64,000 bases of DNA from Blastocatellia bacterium (lineage in GTDB: Bacteria; Acidobacteriota; Blastocatellia; UBA7656). Position numbers and translations under genes: made by a program. This document shows, piece after piece, positions 41,341-51,404 of this stretch (positions within the stretch are counted from its first letter, which is position 1; every line of letters starts with the position of its first letter). Below the pieces are notes generated by a model. The model had not been told where the DNA came from. It worked only from the letters and a program-made list of their open reading frames with translations, and made no database searches. The stretch covers positions 28,802-92,801 of the forward strand of contig JBJMGV010000126.1 of NCBI GenBank assembly GCA_045807725.1. Direction: 5' to 3'.

Positions 41341-44018
41341 AAGTACGCGATGCGGCGCGTCGGCGTCAGGTCGGCCAAGCGCGCGACGCGTATGCGCGCG
41401 TCAACGATCTTTGCGCCCTGCGCCAGCACCTTCACGGGATTGGCGTCCATCTCTTGAATGTGCGGGCAGATTTCAAGCAGCACAGAAACGCGCAGGATCA
41501 ATTCCTTCAGCGCCGTTTCGTCCGCCGCCGGCATACCGCGCCAGCCGCGCAGCAAGGCCGTGCCTTTCACTTCGTTCAGCATATCCTGCACGTCTACATC
41601 AGTGAGCGGATTGATGCGGAAGGCCACGTCGTTCAACAACTCGACCAGTATGCCGCCGCTGCCATAGACGACCAGCGGCCCGAAGGTCGGGTCGAGCGTC
41701 GCGCCGACGACGACTTCAACGCCGCCCGTCACCATCTCCTGCACGATCATTCCTGACAACTCATCGCCGAGCCGTTCTTGTAATTCTTCGCAAGCCGCGC
41801 GCACCTGTCGTTCGCTGGTCAGGTTCAAGCGCACGCCGCCCACTTCGGTCTTGTGAAGGATGCGCGGGCCGACCGCTTTCAACACGACAGGGTAGCCGAT
41901 GGCTCTCGCGGCCTTCACCGCTTCATCGGGCTTAGTGACCAGCTTTGATTGCGCCATCGTGATGCCGACGGCATTGAACAAATCCTGCAACTCGACCGGA
42001 CTCAACCAACCGTCGCCGCGTTCAAGCGCCTGTTCGACGATGCGACGCGCTTCGTCTACGTTGATGGTGTCGAACAAGGGCAACACACCCAATGGCCGCT
42101 GTCGCCATTCGCCATAGGCCGTCACCTTCGCCAACGCTTTCGCCGCCGCTTCGGGGAAAGAGTAACTCGGAATGCTGGCCAGTATCTCCGGCGCGCCTTT
42201 CGCGGACATAAAGTTGGCGATGACCGGCTTGCCGCCCGCGCTCTTTGCGCCTTCGACAATCGCCGCCGCCACCGGCTCAGCCTGCGCGATCAACGGCGGA
42301 ATAAAAATGACGATCAGCGCATCCACGCGCTCATCAGCAAGCAACGCGCGCATTGCTCGCTGATAATCAGCCGACCTCGCCGAAGCGATCATATCTACGG
42401 GATTGGCGACGCTCGCCGCCGGCGGCAGGAACGAACGCAACTCGGCTACGGTCGCATCGGTCAGCGTCGGCAGTTCAAGCCCATTCGCTTCGCAGGCGTC
42501 GGCGGCGAGGATGCCCGGCCCGCCGGCATTTGTAAGGATAGCTACACGCCGGCCCTGAGGCACGGGCTGATGCGCGAGCAGGTTCGCCACGTCGAACAAC
42601 TCTTCGAGCGTGTCTGTGCGGATGATGCCGGCTTGTCGAAAGAGCGCATCGACGGCGCGATCCGTAGAAGCCAGCGCCCCCGTGTGCGAAGAGGCGGCGC
42701 GCTGACCGGCCTGCGAGCGGCCCGACTTGACGACGACAATGGGCTTCGAGCGGGCGATGCGCTTGGCGATGCGCCCGAAGTTGCGCGGATTGCCGAACGA
42801 TTCGAGATAAAGGAGGATGACATCCGTGCGCGGGTCTTCGGCCCAATACTGAATCAAGTCGTTGCCCGACACATCGGCCTTGTTGCCGACCGACACGAAC
42901 GTCGAGATGCCGATGTTGAGGTCGCGCGCGTAATCCAAAATAGCGAGGCCGAGCGCGCCGCTCTGCGTTGACATAGCGACGCGGCCCGCCGGCGGATAGA
43001 CCGGCGAGAAGGTTCCGTTGAGCGCGACTTCGGGGTCTGTGTTGATGATGCCCATACAATTGGGGCCGATCATTCGTACGCCTGCGCCGCGCACTTTTTC
43101 GAGTATCGCGGCTTCGAGCGCGCGCCCTTCGACGCCGGTTTCGCCGAAGCCCGCCGTGATGACGACCAGCCCGCGCACGCCTTTGGCAATGCAATCATCA
43201 ATCGCCGCTTCAACACGCGCAGCCGGCACGACGACGATGGCGAGGTCCACTTCATCGGGTATCTCGGTGACGCGAGCGTAAGCGCGCACCGAGCCGACGA
43301 CGCGGGCGCTCTCATTCACCGGATAGACGACGCCTTGAAAGCCGGCGCTCACGAGGTTGTGAAAGACCTCCGCGCCGATCTGACCGCGACGACGACCCGC
43401 GCCGATGACCGCGACAGATTTCGGCTCGAAGAAGACTTTCATCGAAGCCGAGGCCGCCGCCTGCCCGCGCCGCGCCAGCTTCTCTTCCAGTTCCGGCGTC
43501 GGCGCGAGCGAAAAGGTGACGCAGAATACGCCGCCGTCCAACCGCCGCTCGACCTGAAAACCCGTGTTCAAAAATACGTCCATCATCTTGCGGTTGTCAC
43601 CGAGCACATAAGCCTCGAACGTCTTGATGCCGTTTTCGCGCGCGATGATCACCAGCCGTTCGAGCATACGCGTAGCGATGCCGCGCCCTTGCAGCGCGTC
43701 TTCGGTGAGAAAGGCGACTTCGCCGCGCTCGTGGACTTCCTGGTCGCGGTAGTAGCGCGCGACGGCGACGATGCGGCCCGCGTGTTCGCCGACCAGCGCA
43801 AAGGTGTTGTGATAATCGACCGCGCAAAGCTGCACGGCCTTGTCGTGACTCAGTTCGGGCAGCGGGCTGAAGTAGCGGAAGTAGACGCTGCGCGGCGACA
43901 GCCGCTTGTGAAACTCCATCAGCGCGCTGACATCGTCGGGACGAATCGGGCGCAGGCGCAAGGTCGAGCCATCGCGCAATAGCGTGTCGGATTCATATCG
44001 TGCAGGATAATTGCTCAC
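41337..44018 (-). CDS. Bifunctional GNAT acetyltransferase / NDP-forming acyl-CoA synthetase (Pat-like protein-lysine acetyltransferase architecture, GNAT N-terminal)
   Basis: N-terminal GNAT (...VAFLTEDALQGRGIATRML...), then CoA-binding, succinyl-CoA-synthetase-like and ATP-grasp domains; 893 aa. Confidence 0.85.
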   Translation of the reverse strand: MSNYPARYESDTLLRDGSTLRLRPIRPDDVSALMEFHKRLSPRSVYFRYFSPLPELSHDKAVQLCAVDYHNTFALVGEHAGRIVAVARYYRDQEVHERGEVAFLTEDALQGRGIATRMLERLVIIARENGIKTFEAYVLGDNRKMMDVFLNTGFQVERRLDGGVFCVTFSLAPTPELEEKLARRGQAAASASMKVFFEPKSVAVIGAGRRRGQIGAEVFHNLVSAGFQGVVYPVNESARVVGSVRAYARVTEIPDEVDLAIVVVPAARVEAAIDDCIAKGVRGLVVITAGFGETGVEGRALEAAILEKVRGAGVRMIGPNCMGIINTDPEVALNGTFSPVYPPAGRVAMSTQSGALGLAILDYARDLNIGISTFVSVGNKADVSGNDLIQYWAEDPRTDVILLYLESFGNPRNFGRIAKRIARSKPIVVVKSGRSQAGQRAASSHTGALASTDRAVDALFRQAGIIRTDTLEELFDVANLLAHQPVPQGRRVAILTNAGGPGILAADACEANGLELPTLTDATVAELRSFLPPAASVANPVDMIASARSADYQRAMRALLADERVDALIVIFIPPLIAQAEPVAAAIVEGAKSAGGKPVIANFMSAKGAPEILASIPSYSFPEAAAKALAKVTAYGEWRQRPLGVLPLFDTINVDEARRIVEQALERGDGWLSPVELQDLFNAVGITMAQSKLVTKPDEAVKAARAIGYPVVLKAVGPRILHKTEVGGVRLNLTSERQVRAACEELQERLGDELSGMIVQEMVTGGVEVVVGATLDPTFGPLVVYGSGGILVELLNDVAFRINPLTDVDVQDMLNEVKGTALLRGWRGMPAADETALKELILRVSVLLEICPHIQEMDANPVKVLAQGAKIVDARIRVARLADLTPTRRIAYF

Positions 44019-44261
44019 GTGTGGTCTCCAGAAAATGGGATGTTCCAGCGGTATGATTTCAAATTATACGCCAGGAGCGTCGAATCAACGAACGGTTATT
44101 TGGCAGACAGGCCGCCGCTTTGTGACGCGCGAAACTACGGGCGGTTGATTGGCGCACGGCGCGCTCGCAGATTAAACTGATAGTGACGCTGGCGAGTACA
44201 TTCCGAACCGATTATCGGCATCCACCTGCTAATCACTTTTTACTTCAGAAAAGGAGATGAT

Positions 44262-44672
44262 ATGAGAATAGTGATGACTTCACGAAATCTGATTCGGGCC
44301 GCGAGCCTGTTGGCATTGCTGCTGACATTCAGCGTCGCGGCGGACGCGCAGAGGGGCCGCTGGCAGAGCCTCGGCACGGCCTACGTCGATGGCGCGCGGG
44401 ATCGCGATATGATTCGCGTGAACGCGCGCGGAGCCTTCACGGCGCTGCAACTGGGAATCAAAGGCGGCGAGATCGAATTCCAGCGCGTCGTCGTTCACTT
44501 TGAAAACGGCGGCCAGCAAGAGCTTGAAGTCCGCGACCGCATCCCCGCCGGCGGCAAGACGCGCATCATTGATTTGAGCGGCGAGCGGCGTCGCATCGAG
44601 AGCGTCGAGTTCTGGTACAGCAAGCCGACCTGGCGCACTAGGCCGCGCGTTCAGGCTTGGGGACGACGCTGA
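44262..44672 (+). CDS. Secreted hypothetical protein
   Basis: Signal peptide ...LLALLLTFSVAADAQ; no recognisable domain. Confidence 0.45.
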   Translation: MRIVMTSRNLIRAASLLALLLTFSVAADAQRGRWQSLGTAYVDGARDRDMIRVNARGAFTALQLGIKGGEIEFQRVVVHFENGGQQELEVRDRIPAGGKTRIIDLSGERRRIESVEFWYSKPTWRTRPRVQAWGRR

Positions 44673-44765
44673 AGATGGTATCAGCCTGAACAAAGAAAAC
44701 GGCTGCCACTATCATAAGCCTGGTGGCAGCCGCTCTGTCGCTAAACCAGCGAAATGTAATCTTGC

Positions 44766-45980
44766 TTACCGATCCGCGTCCTGCGGGATGAGCTTGTAGG
44801 CGGTTCCCTTGAATTTGAAGATGACGCGGGCGTCGTGAGAGAACCCTTTAAGGAACGGCTCGATCTTCGCGTCTCTGGCCAGCAGGCTGTGATAGACATC
44901 GCTGTCACGAATGATCGTCACCGGCTTGTCTTTATCAGGATTGAAATCTTTATCGGTCCACACGTCGCCGCGCAGCAAGAAGAGATGATTGCCGATTCGG
45001 CGCGACACCGAGGGCGTCGCCGCAGCGGCTTCAGAAGTCGAGCGGAACGGTTGCATGCCGGAGACGCTGGCCGACGGTTCGTCACGGTGGTCGCGCCCTG
45101 CTTCAGCGACACGGCTTGGCGGTGGTGGTGGCGGCGCGATGTTGCCGGCTACATCACTGTCAGCGCGCTTGGCGCGGCTCGCAGTAGCCGTCGCGTCCTT
45201 CGTTTCCTGCTTCTCTTTGGTCTGATCCTTCGCCACTTCGCTGGCCTGCGGCTGCGCCGTTTCAGAGGCGGGCGCGGCGCTGGGCTGGGCTGGAGCCTCG
45301 GTCTTCGCAGTAGTCTGGTCGGCGGGCTTCGGCTCAGGAGTCTGTGCGAGAGCCGGCGCGCCGCCGCTTACGCCATCCGCGACCGAAGTTGATTGAGATT
45401 GCGCTTCTTTCTTGTCGTCGGTCGCAGGCTTCTCACTCGTCCCTGTGCTACCTTGTGCCTTCGCCTCGTGGCTGTTGTTTGTGGTCGCCGCTTCACCGGG
45501 CGCGTTCGCCGGGGTCATTGCTCTTGCGGTCAGATCACCTGACGGCGGGCCGGATTCGGTAGCTCCGGCAGTTGGGTTATTCGGCGTCGCGCGGTGCGAC
45601 AAAATCAACGGCAAGGTGACGGCGAGCACAACCAAAGCGGCGGCGGCCATCGCCCACTGCGGCACGGTCAGCGCGCCGAGCCATTGCCGAATCGGAGAAG
45701 CGCCGCGCGCTTGCCCGACTACGGCGACGCCGTGCGCTCTCACCTGATCGGCTTGCGCCATTCGTGTTAAAGCGACGATGGTTTTGCGGCAGGGTGAGCA
45801 CGCGGCGAGGTGATTCTCGTAGCTCGCCTGCTCGCTCTCCTTCAGGCTGCGCTCGACATAGGCGTTGGCCAGATCGGCGTCGAATTCCCGACAAAGCGGC
45901 AGCTCTTTGCCCGCCGCGCTGCCTTGCGCGCGCAGCAGTCTGTCGATTGTGTCATCCTGCGTTTTCGGGAACATCTTCAT
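44766..45980 (-). CDS. Anti-sigma factor (ZAS-type Zn motif, TM, long Ala/Pro/Thr-rich periplasmic region)
   Basis: HLAACSPC motif; TM WAMAAAALVVLAVTLPLIL; directly downstream of the sigma gene. Confidence 0.65.
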   Translation of the reverse strand: MKMFPKTQDDTIDRLLRAQGSAAGKELPLCREFDADLANAYVERSLKESEQASYENHLAACSPCRKTIVALTRMAQADQVRAHGVAVVGQARGASPIRQWLGALTVPQWAMAAAALVVLAVTLPLILSHRATPNNPTAGATESGPPSGDLTARAMTPANAPGEAATTNNSHEAKAQGSTGTSEKPATDDKKEAQSQSTSVADGVSGGAPALAQTPEPKPADQTTAKTEAPAQPSAAPASETAQPQASEVAKDQTKEKQETKDATATASRAKRADSDVAGNIAPPPPPPSRVAEAGRDHRDEPSASVSGMQPFRSTSEAAAATPSVSRRIGNHLFLLRGDVWTDKDFNPDKDKPVTIIRDSDVYHSLLARDAKIEPFLKGFSHDARVIFKFKGTAYKLIPQDADR

Positions 45981-46042
45981 CCTTCAGGGTCGCTCCATCC
46001 CAGAGAACGGCGGCGAGCGACCTGCTTGCGGAATTATTTCCG

Positions 46043-47020
46043 CTAGTGTTGAACAACAGCGCTGCCGGCGCTTTTGGCCGGCTTGTCTTCGTTGCGCTCG
46101 CTCGCATCGAAGAGATAATCGCGCACGTTGTGGTTCATCTCTTCGGCGGCGAGTTGGATGGCTTCGCTGACTTCGCGGCGGTTGAAGCGGTGGTCGCGCG
46201 CCAGGCTTTTTTCGACCAGCTTGCGCACACGCTTCTGTACTTTTGTCAGCCAGCGGCTGATCGTCGCTTCGTGAACGTCGAACAACTGGCCAATCTCGCG
46301 CAGCGTCATCTCTTCGTAATAGTAGTAAGCCAGCAGCAACCGCTCGCGCGATTCAAGCTCTTGAATGGCGCGACGCAACGCATCGGCGACGCCCAGGCGA
46401 TAACGGTCGTTGATGAACGAGACTTCAGGCACAACCGGATGTTCGACCGCGCCGGCGCTGGCCAGCCGATCCATATCTTCAGGCTCCTCGGTCTGCACCA
46501 ATCGACTGGTCTGCCGGTGCTGATCGGCGGAGAGCTGAAAGACGACTGCCCGCAGCCAGCCGCGCAGCGAGCCGCGACCGGAATAGAACGAGAACTTGCT
46601 GACGCGCACGCCCGCTGATTCGCGCAGGCCGTAGAGTTCAGCAAAAGTCGAATCGGCCAGTTGCTCTGCCGCCCCGGCGTCCTGTGTCATCGTCCGCGCA
46701 ATGTTGATGAGATAAGAGCGATAGTCGCGGTAGAAGTCGGCCCACGCCGCTTCATCGCCGCGCGCACAGGCGACCGCCAGCGCAAGGTCGTCGCTGTTGA
46801 GCGAGGCGAAGTAATCGGCGACCGACTGCCGCGCTTCAGGGCTGGGGCCGGGGTTGCCGACCGTCTGTTCGATCACGGCAGCGAGGTACTTTTTCGCAGA
46901 GGCGTGCAGCGCCGCGGCCAGCTCCGCTTCGCCGACGCTGTAGGGCTGGCGTATGCGCGCCGCGACTTCTTTGATCTCGTTGTTGAACGCTTTATGAAAG
47001 TCTTCAACCGTCATCGTCAA
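46043..47020 (-). CDS. Sigma-70 family RNA polymerase sigma factor (ECF-like with N-terminal extension)
   Basis: Region 2 ...AEQLADSTFAELYG...; region 4 ...EEMTLREIGQLFDVHEATISRWL... Confidence 0.8.
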   Translation of the reverse strand: MTMTVEDFHKAFNNEIKEVAARIRQPYSVGEAELAAALHASAKKYLAAVIEQTVGNPGPSPEARQSVADYFASLNSDDLALAVACARGDEAAWADFYRDYRSYLINIARTMTQDAGAAEQLADSTFAELYGLRESAGVRVSKFSFYSGRGSLRGWLRAVVFQLSADQHRQTSRLVQTEEPEDMDRLASAGAVEHPVVPEVSFINDRYRLGVADALRRAIQELESRERLLLAYYYYEEMTLREIGQLFDVHEATISRWLTKVQKRVRKLVEKSLARDHRFNRREVSEAIQLAAEEMNHNVRDYLFDASERNEDKPAKSAGSAVVQH

Positions 47021-47106
47021 TCCGGGCGCTCGTCTGATCTTGCACGCTGGTGGAACGTTATGCTTGAGGCGAGACTATGCTAACACAAAACCGGCGGGTT
47101 TGCGTA

Positions 47107-47216
47107 GGACAGGATGCAACCACAGATGAACACGATGAACACAGATTTGAAGAAGGCGGAAATTTCACCTCCTCCATTATCTGTGTCCATCTGTGTTCAT
47201 CTGTGGTTGCTATTCT
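47107..47216. repeat. Heptamer-array palindrome (ATGAACAC)
   Basis: gcaaccacagatgaacacgatgaacacagat ... atctgtgtccatctgtgttcatctgtggttgc. Confidence 0.6.
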
Positions 47217-47232
47217 CTCGATGAGAGAACGA

Positions 47233-47796
47233 CTACGATTTCGTTTTCGCGGGCTGGGTCTGTCTTGCGGCGCGAGCCTGCTTCATAAAGCTGTCGGCGA
47301 TCTTGCCATAGACAGTGCCGAACAGCGAGCCGACTTTGCCGCTGGCGACGACGATGCGGGTCTTTGAATCGATCACCGTGAACGGGAACTCGATGGTAAA
47401 CGGCAAGCGGTCAACTTCGATCCACAGTTCGGCGTCATCGGCGTCTTTGGTAATCACGAAGCCGAGTTCTTGAAAATCGCGGCGGTGTTGCAACGCGCCT
47501 TCGAGCGATTTGCGGCTCATATACGCGCTGTCCGAACGCACGAAGATGAGGCGCGCGACGGCCAGTATTGCCTGCGGATTTTTTTGCGCGCGCGCCGTCG
47601 CAAGATGATTCGCGCGCTGCGCTTCTTCATCGCCAGCCGCTTGCGATTGAGCGTGACTTACGCGAGTCGCGCCGTGCGTCGGCTCGGTTAAAAAGAGCGA
47701 GACGGCAACAATCAGCAGCCAGATCAGCACACACAGGGCCGCCAGTTGATAGGCATTGATGAGCAACCCGATACCGTTCTTAACTCTTGCGCGCAT
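47233..47796 (-). CDS. Hypothetical membrane-anchored protein
   Basis: N-terminal TM LAALCVLIWLLIVAVSLFL; no known domain. Confidence 0.45.
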   Translation of the reverse strand: MRARVKNGIGLLINAYQLAALCVLIWLLIVAVSLFLTEPTHGATRVSHAQSQAAGDEEAQRANHLATARAQKNPQAILAVARLIFVRSDSAYMSRKSLEGALQHRRDFQELGFVITKDADDAELWIEVDRLPFTIEFPFTVIDSKTRIVVASGKVGSLFGTVYGKIADSFMKQARAARQTQPAKTKS

Positions 47797-47933
47797 AGAT
47801 CACCTCCGTTGAAGTCAGCTTTATCAAATCATCTTTCACCGTTCAAAGAATAAGCGATGAAAGAGCCGCGCGGGTGTCGGCGTGTGGCACTTTCGCAAGT
47901 GTCACAGGCAGCGAAGGTGAGAATGAAAACAGG

Positions 47934-48845
47934 TTACGACGCGGGCCGGGCAACAAACGATTTGAAGCGGCGCAACTCGTCGAGAGAGGTATCAGAGATG
48001 ATGCGGAAGACGCGGGCGCGACAGCCTGCGGGCAACTGCCTGGCCGTGAGCGCGTCGCTGATAACCAATGTGCTTGTGGCCAATCCTCGCTGCCAGCCGC
48101 GCCGGCGGGCGTCGCGCAGGTCGAGCGCGTCGGCATCAACACCGGCAGCGACCAACATCGTGTGCGCCCACTTCAAGAACTCCGGCCAGCGCGAGACGAC
48201 CGTGACGAGCGCGTCGTCAGCCGGTCGCTCTTCGCCTTGCATCGACTGCGGAACCGAGCGCAATCGCAAAACCGTCAGCGGCGTGTTGGCAGGCAACTGC
48301 TCGCGCGCTTGCTCGGCGTGCGCGAACATCACGGCGACGGCAGCGCCTGCTAGATTAGCCGCGCAACCGTCGAGCGATGCGCCCGCCGTGCGTAAGCCGG
48401 TCGCCTCTTCGATCTCGGCCATCAGGATGCGGCGCAGCTCGGCGTCCGGCTCAACGACGAGAAAGTGATCCGGCGGCTGCGCGTCGAAGAAGCGGCGCAC
48501 GCTCTGCTGCATCTCGGCCAGCGTGTAGCCGCGCTCGCGGGCGATTTGAAAGAGCGTGGCGACGACCTGATCCAGTTCAAGCGGCTGGTCGAGCGCGCGC
48601 CCGCTGACCGGCTCGCGCACATAGATGCCGCTGCCCTTGCGGAACTCGACCCAGCCGCGCTCGGCCAGGTCGCGGTAAGCGGCGCTGACGGTGTTGGCGT
48701 GGATTTGAAAACGCTGCGCCAACTCGCGTGTGCTCGGCAGACGCTGGCCCGGCTTGAGGTCATAGCTAACGATGCCGAGCAGGATTTGCGTCGCCAGTTG
48801 CTCACGCAACGGCACGTCGTTGTTCTTCGATAGCCAGATGCGCAT
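47934..48845 (-). CDS. GntR-family transcriptional regulator with C-terminal ligand-binding domain
   Basis: ...LPSTRELAQRFQIHANTVSAAYRDLAERGWVEFRKGSGIYV... wHTH. Confidence 0.75.
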   Translation of the reverse strand: MRIWLSKNNDVPLREQLATQILLGIVSYDLKPGQRLPSTRELAQRFQIHANTVSAAYRDLAERGWVEFRKGSGIYVREPVSGRALDQPLELDQVVATLFQIARERGYTLAEMQQSVRRFFDAQPPDHFLVVEPDAELRRILMAEIEEATGLRTAGASLDGCAANLAGAAVAVMFAHAEQAREQLPANTPLTVLRLRSVPQSMQGEERPADDALVTVVSRWPEFLKWAHTMLVAAGVDADALDLRDARRRGWQRGLATSTLVISDALTARQLPAGCRARVFRIISDTSLDELRRFKSFVARPAS

Positions 48846-48847
48846 AC

Positions 48848-48935
48848 GGAAGAAAGTGATAAGTGATGAGTGATGAGTAATGAGTGATGAGTAAGAAGCA
48901 TTGAGGGCTGCTCTACACTCATCACTCATCACTGC
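48848..48935. repeat. Heptamer-array palindrome, (GTGATGA)n ... (CTCATCA)n
   Basis: gtgataagtgatgagtgatgagtaatgagtgatgagtaag ... ctacactcatcactcatcactg. Confidence 0.6.
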
Positions 48936-48937
48936 CG

Positions 48938-50227
48938 TCAGATCACCGTGCCGTCAGCGATGACGCCGTGCTTCGGGACGATGACGATGCCGTCGCGGAT
49001 GAAGTAGCCGTCGCCATCGTAGTTCTGGTGGCGCGCTTCGTTGGCGATCTGCACGCCTGCGCCGATGCGCGCGTTCTTATCAATGATGGCGCGGCGGATG
49101 TAGCAGTTCGGGCCGACGCCAACCCTCGGATAGCCGCGATCAATGTCGGACTGCATCTGCTCAATCGTCTGATAGAAGTCCGCGCCCATCATCAACACGC
49201 CTTCCAGCCGCGCGCCGTGCTCGACGCGGCTGCGTATGCCGAGGACTGAATCGGTCACGGTCGCGCCGTTGATGATGCAGCCTTCCGTGATGATCGAGCT
49301 TTGAATGCGACAATCCAAAAGCTTCGAGCCGGGCAGGTAGCGCGGGCGCGTGTAGATCGGCGCTCTGGCGTCGAAGAAGTTGAACGGCGGCAGCGGCAGC
49401 GTCATCTCGATATTGGCGCGATAGAAGGCGCTGATCGTACCGATGTCTTCCCAGTAACCGTCGAACAGGTGCGCCTGTACGTTGAAGCGCGACAGCGCGT
49501 GCGGCAGTATCTCTTTGCCGAAATCAATCGCGTTGGGCAGGTCATTCATCATCAACTGTTCGAGCACCGCTTTGCGAAAAACATAGATGCCCATCGAAGC
49601 GAGAAACGGACGCCGCGCCGCCTGATCCGGCGATAGCCCCAGCACGCTCGTGTCCACGCGCATAGGATTGAGCGCCTCGCCCTTCGGCTTCTCGCTGAAC
49701 TCGGTGATGCGCCCCGCCTCATCAATCTTGAGCAGGCCGAAGCTCGACGCTTCATCGTCGCGGGCGGCAGTGACGGCGACGGTGATGTCTGCGCCGGTCT
49801 CTTCGTGGCGGCGCAGGAACTCGCGGTAATCCATGCGGTAGAGGTGATCGCCAGCCAGAATCAACACGGTCTCACCCGAATAATCTTGCAGGTGCGCCCA
49901 CGACTGGCGCACGGCGTCGGCAGTGCCCTGGAACCAGTCGGGACTTTCGGGCGTGATCTCGGCGGCGATGATTTCGGCAAAGCCGTTGGAGAACGGGCTG
50001 AAGCGATAGGTGCGCGAGATGTGGCGGTTGAGCGAAGCCGAGTTGTACTGCGTCAGAATGAAGATGCGGCTCACATCCGAGTTGATGCAATTCGACACCG
50101 GGATGTCTATGAGACGATACTTGCCGCCGAGCGGCACGGCGGGCTTGGCGCGCAAGCGGGTCAGCGGGAACAAGCGCTGGCCGACGCCGCCGCCCAGAAT
50201 GATTGCCACCACGTCACTCATATCCAT
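48938..50227 (-). CDS. glgC: Glucose-1-phosphate adenylyltransferase
   Basis: ...ILGGGVGQRLFPLTRLRAKPAVP... and the full GlgC fold. Confidence 0.95.
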   Translation of the reverse strand: MDMSDVVAIILGGGVGQRLFPLTRLRAKPAVPLGGKYRLIDIPVSNCINSDVSRIFILTQYNSASLNRHISRTYRFSPFSNGFAEIIAAEITPESPDWFQGTADAVRQSWAHLQDYSGETVLILAGDHLYRMDYREFLRRHEETGADITVAVTAARDDEASSFGLLKIDEAGRITEFSEKPKGEALNPMRVDTSVLGLSPDQAARRPFLASMGIYVFRKAVLEQLMMNDLPNAIDFGKEILPHALSRFNVQAHLFDGYWEDIGTISAFYRANIEMTLPLPPFNFFDARAPIYTRPRYLPGSKLLDCRIQSSIITEGCIINGATVTDSVLGIRSRVEHGARLEGVLMMGADFYQTIEQMQSDIDRGYPRVGVGPNCYIRRAIIDKNARIGAGVQIANEARHQNYDGDGYFIRDGIVIVPKHGVIADGTVI

Positions 50228-50446
50228 CGTCAGTTCCTCCTATAGAGCCATTTTGAACTGCGTGCAAAGTATAACTGCGCGTATAGACTGCGTAAAAGCC
50301 GAAGCGGCAGGAACGGCGCAGCGCGCGACAAGCCCGTCCCACAGCGACCGCCTTGCGGCCCTGCCGGTTGCCACTTTTACTGCACGACCAGTATGCTATC
50401 AATTACTGTGCGACGACGTGTGAGGATATTAGTGAAGGAAAATTGA

Positions 50447-50983
50447 ATGGCGGCAACGCGCGGCAAGACGATCTGCTTCATCGATAACGCGAACATCTTC
50501 CACGGCCAGGCCGACAACTGGCGCATCGATTGGGAGAAATTCCAGCGCCTCCTTGAAGAGAAGGGCGAGATATGGCAGACCTACTGCTTCGCGTCTGAAA
50601 CCGACCCGCCCAGCGACGGCGCGACGGCCTTTTATCAATTCCTCAAAGAGAGCCTGCGCTGGGAAGTGCGGCTTTACACGCTCGGCAAGAAGACCGTGCG
50701 TTGCGGCGACTGCGGCCACGAGCACACGACTTACGCCGAGAAGGGCGTTGATGTGGGGCTGGCGACAACGATGCTGATGCTGGCCGTCAATCAAGCCTAC
50801 GACACAGCCATACTGGTCTCAGGCGACCGCGATTACATCGAGACCGTACATCACATCAAGAGCCGCGGCCTGCGCGTCGAAGTCATCTCGTGGCGGGCCG
50901 GCTTGAGCAACGACCTCGAAGCCGAATCCTCCGCGCCCGTCGTCTACCTCGACGACCTGCGGAAGCAGATAGAGAAACAGTGA
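50447..50983 (+). CDS. NYN-domain (LabA-like) protein with Zn-ribbon insertion
   Basis: ...ICFIDNANIF... and ...AILVSGDRDY... NYN motifs; CGDCGHEH insert. Confidence 0.7.
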   Translation: MAATRGKTICFIDNANIFHGQADNWRIDWEKFQRLLEEKGEIWQTYCFASETDPPSDGATAFYQFLKESLRWEVRLYTLGKKTVRCGDCGHEHTTYAEKGVDVGLATTMLMLAVNQAYDTAILVSGDRDYIETVHHIKSRGLRVEVISWRAGLSNDLEAESSAPVVYLDDLRKQIEKQ

Positions 50984-51404
50984 CCAGTGGTCAGTGGTCA
51001 GTGGTCAGTTGATAGTTGATAGTTGACAGTTGATTGTTGATTGTTGTGAGTTGTGAGCGGTGAGTTGATAGTTGTGAGTTGATAGTTTCCCAAGCTCCGT
51101 CAGGAGCGCAATGTTTATAGATATAGCTGAAGGATGTGACGAAGCTCCGTCAGGAGCGAGATGTTTATAGTTACCGATGCAATAGATGATGCAAGCTCCG
51201 TCAGGAGCGGGATGTTGACATTGCGCCCCTACGGGGCTTCGTCCTTTCTATCAGCCATTTCTATAAACAGGTCGTCCCTACGGGACTCACTGGTCACTGG
51301 CAACTCATAACTATCAGCTCACAACTATCAGCTCACAAGTATCACCTATCAACTATCAACTGACCACTGGCCACTAGCCACTAGTCACTGATCACTAACC
51401 ACTG
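50984..51404. repeat. Composite palindromic repeat region: heptamer arrays flanking ~51-bp tandem units
   Basis: (GTGGTCA)n, (GTTGATA/GTTGTGA)n, three caagctccgtcaggagcg...tttatag units, an inverted unit, then mirrored heptamer arrays. Confidence 0.7.
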
